Source of the DNA: Chrysomallon squamiferum
Lineage: Eukaryota > Animalia > Mollusca
Assembly (NCBI GenBank): GCA_012295275.1
Contig: CM022666.1
Span: 13,640,001 to 13,704,000 of the forward strand
DNA length: 64,000 nucleotides
Direction: 5' to 3'
Made by a program: the position numbers and the translations under genes. This document shows positions 26,161-39,280 of the stretch, in pieces. Every line of letters starts with the position of its first letter. The stretch's first letter is position 1. The notes under the pieces are model-generated. The model searched no databases, had not been told where the DNA came from, and was given only the letters and a program-made list of their open reading frames with translations.

Positions 26161-27743
26161 ATGTTGGCTTGTTTGTCTTTCCGAACGTTTTTGGGCTCTA
26201 CTGTTAGAAACAGTACCCACAGGTGTGAATCATAATTTTCAATTTGTTTAGTTACCCTATACTTTTTTGAACAGAGATTTCAATTCTCATTTTATTTTTA
26301 AAAGTTTGGATGAAGATTCATAGTTCCAAATTCGAACGAATCATTCAATGAATGATGACATACAAAAAACAAAAATTATAATAAATAAATTGCAAAACAC
26401 GGTCATTAACGATTAAATATTTTTTATGTTAAATTCATAATATGCACGTCTTTGGCATTCTCAGGCTAATTAGAGTTTCTGATGACATACGGATGCATAA
26501 AAAAAAAAGATTTAATTAATTATAATTTTTTTTTCTTTATGATAAGGAATGACCATTAAAATGATTAATACACACTATATGGTTTTGCTACGATATTTAT
26601 AGACACATAATGTATCTGTTTATTGTAACTAGATCAGTAATTTTCTTCATTCTAAAAAATAAATTTTTAACAGAATGAAACAAGAATATGAATTACAAGA
26701 CAGACAATCATTGTTTAAAACTAGCATCCAAGAAGTTAAGCAATGAAGGAGTTTATTTACTACCTGACACCATGAACAAACATTTTTACTGGGATAAAGT
26801 AACTGTAAAATGATGTAAAATGGGAAAGTTTAATTCAGATAGTTGTATAATAATAATAATAATAAAAGTAATAACAACAACAACCACAACTAAAACCACC
26901 ACCACCACAACAACAACAATAATAATAAATATTATATTAATTCTATAATATTCTGGTCACTCAGATTTGTAAATTTTATTTTAACAGTGTGATATCATCA
27001 TGTATACAGAGATTCTGGACACGCCCACCAAATCACATTATTTGTCATCATCATATTTTACCTGCTATGAGAATTTCAACCCTTTGTCATGGAAAATCTT
27101 ACACTCTTTCAATCAGCCAGAGACTGCCACATTGTCTTCGATTTGTGCGGAACTTCAAAACAAAGAAAAGTTTAAAAATCAAGCAACAGGACGAAGTTGA
27201 TGGTGTCGTATCTCAGCTGTTTAAACCATTCACTTTTACAGTAGCAGTAAGTTCTGTACAATGTTTACCAAATTAAAATGTTTTTTTTAAAAGTTAATGT
27301 ATTTGCTTTGTCTGGTTATAATGTGTTAAGTATGTGGTAATGGCTCCCTAAATTTTTCTGGGCCTTGCCTTAATGATTTTGATTTCCTCTTTGGCACAAA
27401 AGTCAATCAAGTCCTGAAACATTTACAGTATGAACTTGACATGTATTGTCATATTCATTAACATATTTCATAAAACAAGTTATTTTTTTTCTTTTAATTA
27501 TTTACATATTTTATGTGGCACGATTTCTTGGTCATTGACATTAATAGGTTCAGGAAAAAAAAAAAAAAATTCATTGAAATTGCCCCATTTGAGGCTTGCA
27601 TCTCCATTTTGGAAAAAACTGTTTATGTGTGTTTAAAGGAAGAAGAATCCAGTTGTACAAGAATATGAATATATCCTTTTCTTACTTTTAGTTATTATTT
27701 TTTATTTTTATTTTTTTATGTATTATTTATTTATTTATTTATT

Positions 27744-27805
<62 letters not shown>

Positions 27806-28095
27806 ATTTTTTTTCCTCTTTAGGTTTGTGGTCTTAGTTTTACTGGAGCCATGATTTGGCAGTATGAAACAATCAGATCACATGCTCAGCAGATACTCAA
27901 GGGTTTTCAGAAACACAGTGATGGGATGATTGGCTACATACCACAGAAAAAGATTGGATTCAGATCACAGGTAGCATAAAATAAGTATTAATTATTAAAA
28001 TATATCCTTCACATACCACAGAAAAAGATTGGATTCAGATCACAGGTAGCATAAAATAAATATTAATTATTAAAAAATATCCTTAAAATAAAAAG

Positions 28096-28133
<38 letters not shown>

Positions 28134-31100
28134 ATAATAATAATAAAAAAAGATATCAGTGATAATAATACCAAAATATTTATGTAATTTCTTCTATTTT
28201 TTTTCATTAAAATGTTTGGTTAAATTTTACTTTGCCTGATTAGCAAAAAAAAAAATAATAATTTAGTCATAATAATTTATTATCATTAAGATTTTCTAAT
28301 ATTTTCTTTAAACATCATTAAACATTATTATTGAAATTATTTTTTTCCACCCCTTTATAAAAATAAATTATAAAACAAACTCGTACATTCACAGTTATTG
28401 TTTCTCAGATGTATATGTCTGAAGCTTATGTCATGTATTCAATAATTTGAAATACATATGTATAAATGTGTATGTATGTATGTGTGTGTGTGTGTATGTG
28501 TGTGTGTGTGTGTGTGTGATATTGATGGTTTGTTTATATACACCTGCTCAATCTGCTGAAATTTCTTTATTTTTGTTCTGCTATCGAGTTCTAAAAAGCT
28601 GTTAATTAACAAATCAGTTAGAAAATATCTGAGTGCTGCCTGTAATCATGATGTCAATACATAATGAGCAGACGAATTTCCTCCTAAAGTTTATTTTGAT
28701 ATCGGAAAAGATGAAGTATCAAGTCAGAACCTTGCAAAGTTTCGAATATTCGATTTGATTCAAAATCATCACACAGTTTTGATTCAGTTTGATTCAGTTT
28801 TTGTTTATTTGGAATTTGGAATACTGCATTGAGTGGACAACTGCAAAAAGAAGGACAAACAAAACTGGCCAACAATTATTAAAAAATAAAAGTAGTAGTA
28901 ATTTTTAAAAATAAAGAAACAGTCTGTTAATGAAATAATACATTGTTTTTTTTACATATTTGTTTGGTTGCTCATTATTTAAACATCATCCATGAGTACT
29001 TGTGTTAGTCACTATACATACCCCCCCCAGTGCAATAGATATTGATATTGTATTTTTAATTTACTTTACTGATCGAAATATTTCTTCATAAACTGAGTCT
29101 GATACATTTGATTATTCTCCAATTGTTTCAAGATACAAAATTCAATTCAATTCAGATATTTTTGAATAATAGAATTGAGTCAGAAAATTGAAATATGCTG
29201 TAACCTAGTATCAGTGCTCCAAACTGTAATTATTTTTAATTATTCTGAGGTTAAAATAAAGTTCAAATGTTTTTATTAGTATCATTTTATTGTTGGCCAG
29301 ATATGTGATCAACTTGTATCAACCCAGATATTTTTAAACTGAATTTTTTAATTATTATTATACATCATTATTAATTAAGAAAGAATAGCCAAATTTTTTT
29401 AAAATGACAAGAAAAAATATCTAACTTGGAATTGTGGAACAGATATTTAGATTATTTCTTTGTATCACCAAGGTTGTTTTTCAAGTAGATATCAATGATT
29501 ATTTCAGATGAATTCAATGTGGAACTCGATGTCACCTGGGCATAAAATGGTATCAGGGCTGATAGCTTTGAATGGGGTTGTCCTGTTGCTATGGAAACTT
29601 CCAGTGATGCACCAGTTTCTATACAAATATTTTTCATGTCATCCACGTGAGTTTTATAATCATGAACATTTTCCTGTGAACATTAGTGTTATTTGAGAAG
29701 AAAATAAATAAAACAAAATGTCATTGATTGAATTAGACAGAATAGTAAAACACATTTTGAATATTGTACCTATTAAAATATATAAATAAATAAATAAAAA
29801 AAAAAAAAAAAAAAAAGAGTATTATATAAAGAGGATCTTCAGTATTGCCAGAATTTTTAATATATATTATTAATAATAATTTATATAGTTAAAAAAAGTG
29901 AGCTATCTTCTTTGAAAATTTTAATGATAAAAAACAAATTAAATCAAACAAATATTTGTAAAACATTTATAACACACCAAAAGAACATCAACTACACTTA
30001 TAGCAATAACAATATAATTTAAAAAATATATAACTGTATATGAGTTTGTGTTTGTATTTATGTATATTTATATATTTACATACACACACACTTTCAGAGA
30101 GTAAAACCTTCAAAAATTAAATTAAATAAATTAATAATAGTAAAACAGTGAAAATGAAAGGTAGTTTATTTGTTAAAATAAATTTTGCTAAGTATACTCA
30201 TTTTAATGTGCTTTTCACCACCTGACAGCATATACAGCGAAAACAGTTTCAAAGCAAATTCACTTGCAAATTCAGATCATTTACACTTTTAAAGATTTTA
30301 ACAATTTTATTTTGTATTATTTTTTGTTTAATGAAACTGACTTCAAAGAATTTAAGTCTTTGTTTTATACTAAAATATGAAAATTCAAAAATAATGATTA
30401 AATAAACAGTTTTTATATCAAAATATATTTCAGTGAAATTGTTTATTTGAATACATAAACTTAAACTAAGAAAACCCCTTTTATATTTTACAAAAAAGAT
30501 GTTGAATCATGTTTTTGTTTTGAAAACTAGGATAAAGTTTCTTGATTGTACTGTTGTATTGTATGAAAAAGAAATAATGTGTTTATTTACTATTTACTGA
30601 ATAATTTAGATTAATGTTTCAGTGTTAAATTACAAACTAAAATACATTTAATTTATTTTTCTAGCACTTACAGAAACCACGCTTTTAAAATCTGTATAAC
30701 TAAACTCATTTACATTTGGAGATTACGTTCTAAGCCAGAATATATTTAATTTGGTTTTCGTTATGTAAAGAGACTTGAGGAAAGTCTAGCATTGTTAAAT
30801 GTTAATAATGTTTATTTCAGGGTCGTCTGTGTTTTCCATGGTTCTCTCTGCTTTCAGTCACTATAGTGTTTTACATTTTGCCTGTAACATGTACGTGTTG
30901 TGGTCATTTTCAACAGTTGCTTTAAACATGCTCGGAAGAGAACAACTTGCAGCTCTTTATATCAGTGGAGGTTTGTTGTCTAGAAAATATCATTTCAGAC
31001 TAAATATATAATTTTGTTGTTTAGAAAATATTATTTCAAACTAAATATAATTTTGTTGTTCAGAAAATATCACTTCAAACTAAATATAATTTTGTTGTTT

Positions 31101-31879
31101 AGAAAATATTATTACATTGAATATATATTTTCTTATTTTTTTATTAATGAGGTTTGTTGTTTAGAAACTACTGTTTCAGACTAAACAAAAATATTTCAAA
31201 TTTAATAAATTTTTGGTTATTATTTAAAATTGAATTTGTCATCTATGTATGTTTGCATTTATTTATTTATTCATTCATTTTTTATTTATTTATTTATTAA
31301 ATTTATTAAATTGATAACTAGTTGTACAAATGGCTTTCAAAAACAATCATTTTGTTAATAACAGTATCTGCCCAAACCTGTACATAATTATGAAATGAAA
31401 AATTCTGTTTTTAGCTGCTTTTTCATCTTTCACCAGTCTTCTGAACAAAGTTTTGAGAAGAAGTATGGTAACATCTTTGGGGGCAGTAAGTATTTTGAAA
31501 TAATTAAATTTTAATCTCTTGATATAATTTGCTTGAAGATGATGATGATAATTATGTTAATGATGATGACAATAATGATGATGATGATGATAATCCCAAA
31601 GAAATTAAAAACAAAAGTTAAAAACAAGATTTAAAAAAGTAAAAATGTAACAGTTATAAATGTTATTGTGAAATATACTGAAGTTGCCAAGCATCCTTCT
31701 TAATTTACTGATGTCATACTTTATTGTTAGACCCCAAAAACGAACAATCATTTGGAAATATAGAAAATATATTAAATCTGTTTATTTGTATCAATTCAGG
31801 ACTTTTTTTTTGCCAATTTTATTTTTATTTTCTCTAGATTTGTAGGACGTAGTAATTTTAAAAAAGGAAATTTTTAACT

Positions 31880-31919
<40 letters not shown>

Positions 31920-33807
31920 TTATTGTTTGGGTTAAGGATGTTAAAAGCTATTTTTCTGTTTTTCAGTCAGGTGCTCTGTTGACAGTTATTGCTGCTGTGT
32001 GTTACAACTACCCACAGTCGAGACTTAGCATTGCATTTGTAGGAGACCTTTTCCCTCACTCGTTTTCAGCTCAGAGTGTGAGTCATTTCACTTAAATTTT
32101 AACTTAATATCATTCATGTCACGTGGTCAGAGAGTCTGGGTCTCACACTGATTAAATTGGTAATTAAAATTATTTGTCTGTAATATTTAGTTATTAACTT
32201 ATTATTTTATTAATAACAAAATTCATGTGCTGTGTAATGGAAATTCATGGCAGTTGTCATTCCAAGTTCATCATTTGATACACCTAAACAGAATTATCTT
32301 TTTTATATAAATAAAATAGTAGAATTTCTTACCTTTTCTCAATTTAATGATTATTTTTCAATGAAATTTTGCATTCTATATAAATATATATTTTTTTTTA
32401 GGCTATTACAACTCTGGTTGCATTTGATATGGCTGGTCTGATATTTGGTTGGAGAATATTTGATCATGCTGCACATTTAGGAGGAGTTCTATTTGGAATG
32501 TAAGAATCAAAATAGTGAAAATCAATTTTATTTTTGTATATAATCATAAAATTAATTAATTAGTTAACGATCACACATACAGACACACATATACATTTAA
32601 CTGTTACTTATCTTCTCTTTTATTTACCCAAATTTGGTATTATTTATTTTATTATATAATATTTATATTAATCAAAAATAAATTAAAAAAGTAATGCTCT
32701 AATAAAATAAAAATAATAATAATAAAAAAGACAGACACACAATCAATATGTGTAGCAAATGAACAGCACATATATATAACATACACATAACACATATAGT
32801 ACTATATAACAACAAAATACACTCCTAGATGAACACACATACAGACACTGTACATATGCACTTTCACATTATTTTAATAATCAATATTAAAACAGCTGCT
32901 AAAATAAAGTGAAATGTGAAACAAGGATAGTAATAGTTTCTGTTTACTTTTAATTTAAGTTCTTTTTCATTTGGTTTAATAATCTACAAATGAATTTCAG
33001 GACGGTTTGAAAATAAAATGGTAAACTAAAATAATATTTAATGTTTGTTATTAATTTTTATTATTATTATTGTATTGGCAGTAACTGTAAAAATATTATT
33101 ATTATTATTAAATTTCTATAAACAACTGCTGAAAATTTTTCTAAATTTATTACTTATTTTTATCTACAATAAAATAAAAACTTTTATTATTAATATGAAA
33201 TATAAATTCTATACACCATGTTATGTAAACTAAGTTTTAGCTGTGTCAGGAAAATTTTAAATAATTTTTGTTTTTCATAGAAAGTGCTTGCTGGTTTGCA
33301 ATTTATTTTCCTGAAACTGAAAACAGAAATTTGCTGTATATTAATATCAATAAATTTTATCCTGGAAGAAGTAGAGAAAAATATGAAGACAATGAATTGA
33401 TATAGATGTTTTGTTCACTTTGTGTATGTGTTTGTGTGGGTGTGTTTTTGTATATGTATATAGGTATGTGTAGGGAGATAGGTATAATATAAATAAATAA
33501 AAATGTTGTTCAGTGAGAAACATTTTATACTAGGACCTTTCATGTGTAAGGGAGGCTGCTATTGTAAAAGAGTTGTCATCTTTGGTGTTTCACATTATTT
33601 ATGTTGTGTTTAATCTATAATGTCAGATGTCTGCATGTTAATAATACCTTTTTGCATCAACGATTGATTGATTTTTTATTTATTGATTTTTGAAATTTTA
33701 TTATTGTTTTTTCCTATTCCAGATGGTACATGAAATATGGAAGAGACCTGATCTGGGGCAGACGAGAAGTGGTCATGACATGGTGGCATAAATTGAGAGG
33801 ATCTTGA
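26161..33807 (+). CDS. PARL: Presenilin-associated rhomboid-like protease, mitochondrial, about 373 aa; exons 26161-26222, 26988-27246, 27824-27970, 29508-29646, 30821-30970, 31415-31485, 31967-32077, 32402-32499, 33723-33807
   Basis: Phase-consistent GT-AG model (1122 nt). It has an Arg/Ser-rich transit-peptide-like N-terminus (MLACLSFRTFLGSTVRNSTHS), LFKPFTFTVAVCGLSFTGAMIWQYE, SAFSHYSVLHFACNMYVLWSF, LGREQLAALYISG, SLGASGA (catalytic Ser), FDHAAHLGGVLFG (catalytic His) and a C-terminus WWHKLRGS*. Confidence 0.95.
27936..28084 (+). repeat. 75-bp tandem duplication of the PARL exon 3 end and its donor
   Basis: acataccacagaaaaagattggattcagatcacag|gtagcataaaataa occurs twice, with donors at 27971 and 28046. 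Confidence 0.9.
30968..31186 (+). repeat. ~39-bp tandem repeat starting at the PARL exon 5 donor
   Basis: ttgttgt(c/t)tagaaaatat(c/t)a(t/c)ttca(g/a)actaaa in about 5 copies. The last copy restores gag|gtttgttg near 31150. Confidence 0.75.
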
Positions 33808-33825
33808 AAAATGTACATCTGTATA

Positions 33826-33866
<41 letters not shown>

Positions 33867-34468
33867 TAAAAAAAAAAAAAAAAAATGGAAAAACAGAATC
33901 AGTAAATATATTTGTTGGAATGAACAGGACACAGACTAACATAAGTTTAAATATAATCTGAAAAATGCAAGAAAAAACTTGAAACATCATTGATTCACAC
34001 AACTGATATATTTAATTAAAACTCAAAACTGCAAGTTTGACATGACTGATTATTAGACTGTTTGACTGTATTTCTTAATTTTTATTATTTTATATACGTT
34101 TTGAACTAGACGTTGATAAACATGCGTGACGTATGAAAATAAACAAGAAATAAGAAACTGTTGTGTCACACGTATTTCATACTGCAATACGGGCATTTTA
34201 AATAAAACAAAATAAAACTGAGAAGACTTAATAAATCGTAACGGTTGTCTGTGTTTGTAGTATGAGTACTGGGATTCAGAAATGAAAATGTGAAATAATA
34301 CCTAAATGTTTTACTTCGGAATTAATGTATTTGCATGGCAAAAATCTTGTAACGGATGTAGAAACAGAAGTTATTTCCCTTGATCTTTTGCCAGTGATGG
34401 AAGAATGTTAAATTGACGTATTTCTTTGATGATACAAAACATATAATTATATTCTGCATATTTTCAAG

Positions 34469-34520
<52 letters not shown>

Positions 34521-35615
34521 TTGTCATTTAATTTGAATTAACAGTAAAGTATATATAACAGAAATAATACAATTTCTAAATACCTTGTATATACAATTTT
34601 TTAAAATGACTTAATCGGATACTTGACAGACCTACTATTTTGCATAAGTTCCTTCTAGTGTTGTCAGAAAAAAAAGAGAAAAAAGTAATGTACAATATAT
34701 AATACAACCATCGGTCTGCTATTAGTAACAACTTAAGTTATCAAAGAATAAAATGGCAGCGTTCAAATGTTTCGTAACGTATTATTTTATTGTCATACTT
34801 TATTATGAGTTATGATTAATTGCCCAAATCAGTAAAATAACAACTTGGAAGTGTAAAGAATTTGGATAGATTTTTTTATTTTTAAAATTTTTTTATAATG
34901 ATAGGTATATTTTAATTTGCTGCACTTGCAGTGGATTTGTCGAACCTGCCAGAAGAAGAAGACTGGAAACAAAACTTTCTTGTAATTGTCGATTTATTTC
35001 TAAAATACTCGCAAATACTACATTTCTTTATCCTTCTATAATTCTTTCTTTCAAAATAAACAAAACAGTTTCAGCTGCAACACATAAAGAAAATTCGTTT
35101 CTGGGATGTTGAAAAAATAAAAAAATAAAAAAATTAAATAAAAAAAATTTCATTTAAGGTTTTAATATAATTTAAATTAATTTAGATCTAAACCGAGATA
35201 ACTGATTTTAATGATACAGAGAAGAAAATGGGAATACACATGCATATACACACATACAAATCAAACGGCTGCCCACCAGTGATTCATAATAAAAATATCG
35301 AATTCATTTCACAGATTCTGCAGACGTAATAGAATAAACTATACACAGTAGAGTTAATCTTTTGTTACATTTAATTACATCTGATGTAACTGTTCATATA
35401 TACATATATACATATATATATTTTTTTTATCATCTGTTTTCCATGTTTTAATATTTTTTATTATTATCATTCGTTTTTTTTTGTTTTTTTTTCCTATTTT
35501 GTTTTTTTTGTTCGTTGTTGCAGAAGTGCATTCACTCGCTCACCACATGTATGCCTAATTCGCGCAGTTCAGTGAAACAGAATACTGTTGAACGTAACTA
35601 TTTTGTGTTTTAGAG

Positions 35616-35767
35616 CACTGGCGTATTTAGAGGGAGCGATCACCTCCCTTTCAGTTGTTCAAAATTGACTGTTTTGACAGCTGCACAAATCAGACAGTTT
35701 GTGCATACTGGGGTCAGACATATTTTGACCCCACTCCAAAAAATTCGTAATCCTGGATACGCCCATG
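35616..35767. mobile_element. ~152-bp MITE-like non-autonomous DNA element downstream of the minus-strand TRIM stop codon
   Basis: Imperfect terminal inverted repeats: CACTGGCGTATTTAG versus CTGGATACGCCCATG (11/15 match). Internal hairpin GGGGTCA-gacatattt-TGACCCC. Confidence 0.65.
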
Positions 35768-35950
35768 CAGTAATTACGAAATATAAAATAATATTGTCAT
35801 AATCCAAACGAGTGGTTGTTAATCATGAACTCAACCCAACTGGAACTTTCGTAATCAGTCTATTCATTAACAGCTGTGTTAATAAGGTATATTTTTTTTT
35901 TTTTTTTTTTTTTTTCCATGGTTACTGGAACATATAAACTGAATTATTTT

Positions 35951-37417
35951 TTAACAAAAACTCTCCTCAGAGGTTCTCCGTTTACCTTTTGCAGATTTCG
36001 GTTTCCGTTTGTTGTCAATGCTCAAACCGTTTATTAAGATATCGATGTCTTGCAGAATGTTCATTAGATTCTCATTCAGAAACTTCAAATCTTCTTTAGG
36101 ACATTTTTCAATTTTGATCTTCCTCTGCAGAAGATCGTCTGCATGAGCCTGAATAACTGGGCTCATCCGCAGAAGTTGTGATTTCGTCGTGTAGGCCAGA
36201 ACCATGTCACAGTAGCACTTCGTGTACAGCAAGTCTGTCAGATGACCTGCTATGACGTCACTGTGTGCATAATACGTATCCACCTCGCTAAGAAGTTCTG
36301 ATTTTCTCGTCTGTGTAACTTCTAGCAAATTCTGGAACATTTTGTCTTCGCTGGCTTCGACAGACGTTTCTGGCTCGTTAGCTTTCGCGTTCTTTTCCAG
36401 CTGTAGTATTTTTCGTCGGTTTGTCGCAGAAGTTCTTTCAGCAGCGCGCTCCAAAGCGTTGGCTTCTTCCACGCTGCTTTTCCCGTGTCTGCTGTGAACA
36501 TTCGTCGCACATTTGACGCAGGCCAGTTTTCTGCACGCTCTGTTCTGGCAGAAGTAGACGAGGGCTTGGTCTGGATGAAGGACACAGTGAGGATTGCTTT
36601 CTAAGTCTGACAGCGAAATCTCTTCCAGGTCTGCGATTCGATAACAACGGTGATGTTTCATTGCCTCGTCCTCGATGTGATTCGTCTGGCACTCCGAACA
36701 CATAAACTGGTGACAGTCTGGACAGTAGCACTCTGCCTGGTTGCCATGGTGAACGTTGGAACAGGATATTTCCTTGATTACTGAAGTCTTATCAGAAGAA
36801 AGAGGTTTTCCTTCAGACTTTGATTCCTCGTTCACGAATTTGTCTTTCTGGTGGACTTCACTGAATGAATCTGTATTGGCAAAAACATCTTTAGAGGCAT
36901 CATTAGTGAGCGTAGAATCATCAACTCCAGACTTAGTTTTAAAATGAAACAGCGAATCCAACCAGCTCGATTTCTTTTCTTTCCCAGAGTCATCATCATC
37001 ATCATCATCCTGACTTTGCTTTCTTTCTAAACCACTGACGTCACAGTCATTACCACCAGCACAGTTTGTGTCTCTAGTGTCCCTCACAGTATCACTCGAC
37101 ACATCTCTAGCATTGTCATAATTACGCACGTCCTTACCAGATCCAGTCACGCAAGGCCCGTGCACACCTCCAGCATCTTTCAGGGTTTTAACAACCATCT
37201 CGTGGACTGTAACACAGTCAAGCTGAGAGTCTACCTCTCCAGTAAACACGCCCTTGCACAGTGGACAGTACAGCACGTCTTTTTTCAGTTTGTTTGAGTA
37301 GTAGCACTGTTCACAGACGTTGTGAAGACACGGCAGAAGTTTCGGTTTCTTGTCGAATACGTTGTAAGCATTTCTGCAGCTGTTACACATAGGGTTTGCT
37401 TTTTCCGATGCATCCAT
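35951..37417 (-). CDS. TRIM/RBCC-like E3 ubiquitin ligase (RING-HC, acidic linker, two B-boxes, coiled coil; no C-terminal domain), 488 aa, single coding exon
   Basis: RING CNSC...PKLLPCLHNVCEQC...CPLC; B-box1 CYCPDCHQFMCSECQTNH...H; B-box2 CVLHPDQALVYFCQNRACRKLACVKCATNVHSRH. The ATG lies in an AACAACATGG context at 37417, just after a tttcag acceptor (exon starts 37446). The ORF-track start at 37441 is a GTG. Confidence 0.9.
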   Translation of the reverse strand: MDASEKANPMCNSCRNAYNVFDKKPKLLPCLHNVCEQCYYSNKLKKDVLYCPLCKGVFTGEVDSQLDCVTVHEMVVKTLKDAGGVHGPCVTGSGKDVRNYDNARDVSSDTVRDTRDTNCAGGNDCDVSGLERKQSQDDDDDDDSGKEKKSSWLDSLFHFKTKSGVDDSTLTNDASKDVFANTDSFSEVHQKDKFVNEESKSEGKPLSSDKTSVIKEISCSNVHHGNQAECYCPDCHQFMCSECQTNHIEDEAMKHHRCYRIADLEEISLSDLESNPHCVLHPDQALVYFCQNRACRKLACVKCATNVHSRHGKSSVEEANALERAAERTSATNRRKILQLEKNAKANEPETSVEASEDKMFQNLLEVTQTRKSELLSEVDTYYAHSDVIAGHLTDLLYTKCYCDMVLAYTTKSQLLRMSPVIQAHADDLLQRKIKIEKCPKEDLKFLNENLMNILQDIDILINGLSIDNKRKPKSAKGKRRTSEESFC

Positions 37418-38018
37418 GTTGTTGTTGATTATTTTAGACACATCAACTGAAATATAAATGCAGTCTTATAGTTATAACTATAAATATAACTATTATTATA
37501 AATATAAATATTAGGATAACTAAAAATATTAAAATAAATAAAAATATAAATGAAACTGAAGATATTTCCATAAATATAACCACAACTATAACTATAAATA
37601 TTTTTATAAATATAAATGTTTCTATAACTATGACTATAAATATATCTATAAATAATTTACAGCTGAAACAAAAACTAAAACTCCGAGTTATATATAAACA
37701 TATATTTTTGTATACAATTTTTCAGTCATTCCCCTTTTCCTTTTCCTTATCTTTCTTTTCTTTCTTTCAAACAAAAACCGAATAATAAGCATAGAGAAAA
37801 AGACAGAAATATTCTTCATACATATTACATATCTCAAATAAATACATCAACCACATAGAAATAAACAGAAATAAACCCCATACGTAATAATATATATATA
37901 TTCAGAGAGAGATTCGAACCATACAGAAACACACACTAATATACTACATGCATAATATACCTCTGCAATGAACAACAAACATAATTTGTATAAATAAATT
38001 ATGCCTCCTGATGCTTAC

Positions 38019-39280
38019 CTGACCTTTCACTCTTAAACCGTTGTAACAAATCCTTGAACTAAAACTCAACAATTCTGCACCTTCCGTCCGTCCGACGCAT
38101 ATTTTTATTACCTTAAGATGAAAATGGGTCAACGTTTAACAATGATCAATGTATCGAAAAACGCCTCCGTTAACAACGTTGATCCCACCTGCAGCAGCAC
38201 TTTAGTCAAACCATTGCAAGCCTGTGTTAACCTCGACGTCAGCTGCCTCATTGATTACATCGCAGCAAAAAGATGCTTAATGTGTTAGTAAATGCCATAC
38301 AGGTTAGAGAAAACCTAATCCATATATATATATATATATGTGCACATGTATGTGCGTATCTAACAATCAATATCTATCTCTGTGTGTTTGTATGTATGTA
38401 TGTATGCATGTATGTATGTATGTATGTATGTATGTATGTGAATGTGTGTGTGTGTGAATGTATGTACACGTCTGTGTGTCTGTGTGTGTGTACGTGTACA
38501 CATATGACAATTTTATTGGGCAGTTATTTACAGTTTTTATATTTGTCAGTTCTGTATTTAGTGTTGGACACAAGGCCCTACGATATGATAATTATCGTCC
38601 AATTTTATTTGGCAGTTATTTACAGGCTTTTATATTTGTCAGTTCTGCAATAATAGTTGTTGTTCTAATAGGAACAGTAGTAGTAGTAGTAGTAGTAGTA
38701 CTAGTAGTATATTTGTAGCGTCAATTTATATTAAGAATAATGACGAAACACAAGAATAAATAATTTAATTTGGTAAAGTATTTTTGGTAACATAATCCAC
38801 GAAGATTAAAAATAAATAAATGTATAAATACGATAAAGTATAATAAAGTAAATAACGAAACGGAGCAAATGCATCTGTATAACTTGTATTTAACGCGTGC
38901 GACAGTTTATGACTAACAGCTACGTAATTTCATCTGAACTGCTTCATATCACTGACTTTAAATATCGATGCAGTTTACACAAATTTAGCTGCATCCCTTC
39001 CGTAACGTAGTCCTACCAGCAGACGCCAAAATGCCAACAGAGCGAAAGCAATCATGTATTTCATGATAATCTAACAGTTAATTCTGTGTAAAGCCCATCG
39101 AACTCGAATTATCAATATCGTCATTCATATGCGGGAAATTATTACATTCATCTGCGTTTAAAGCTTATTTGAAAATCAATCTAACGACGTGATAAAATAG
39201 CACGCGCGTGTGCTGGCAGACGTACTACTTCGTGGTCTAATGTCCTGTTTCCTGTGAGTCGTGTTTGTTCTGTCCTTGAA
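38019..39280. promoter_or_regulatory. Divergent promoter region and non-coding first exons of the two TRIM-like genes
   Basis: Minus-strand donor GTCAG|gtaagc at 38019/38018 and plus-strand donor TTGAA|gtaagt at 39280/39281. Unique sequence is CpG-rich, with the palindrome CACGCGCGTG at 39201-39210. Confidence 0.5.

Noticed and set aside
33825-33885. AATAAA plus a long poly(A) just after the PARL stop, suggesting a retrocopy
   Set aside because: The gene has eight introns, and similar A/T runs occur throughout the window (e.g. about 28095-28131). It matters only as an oligo-dT internal priming site.
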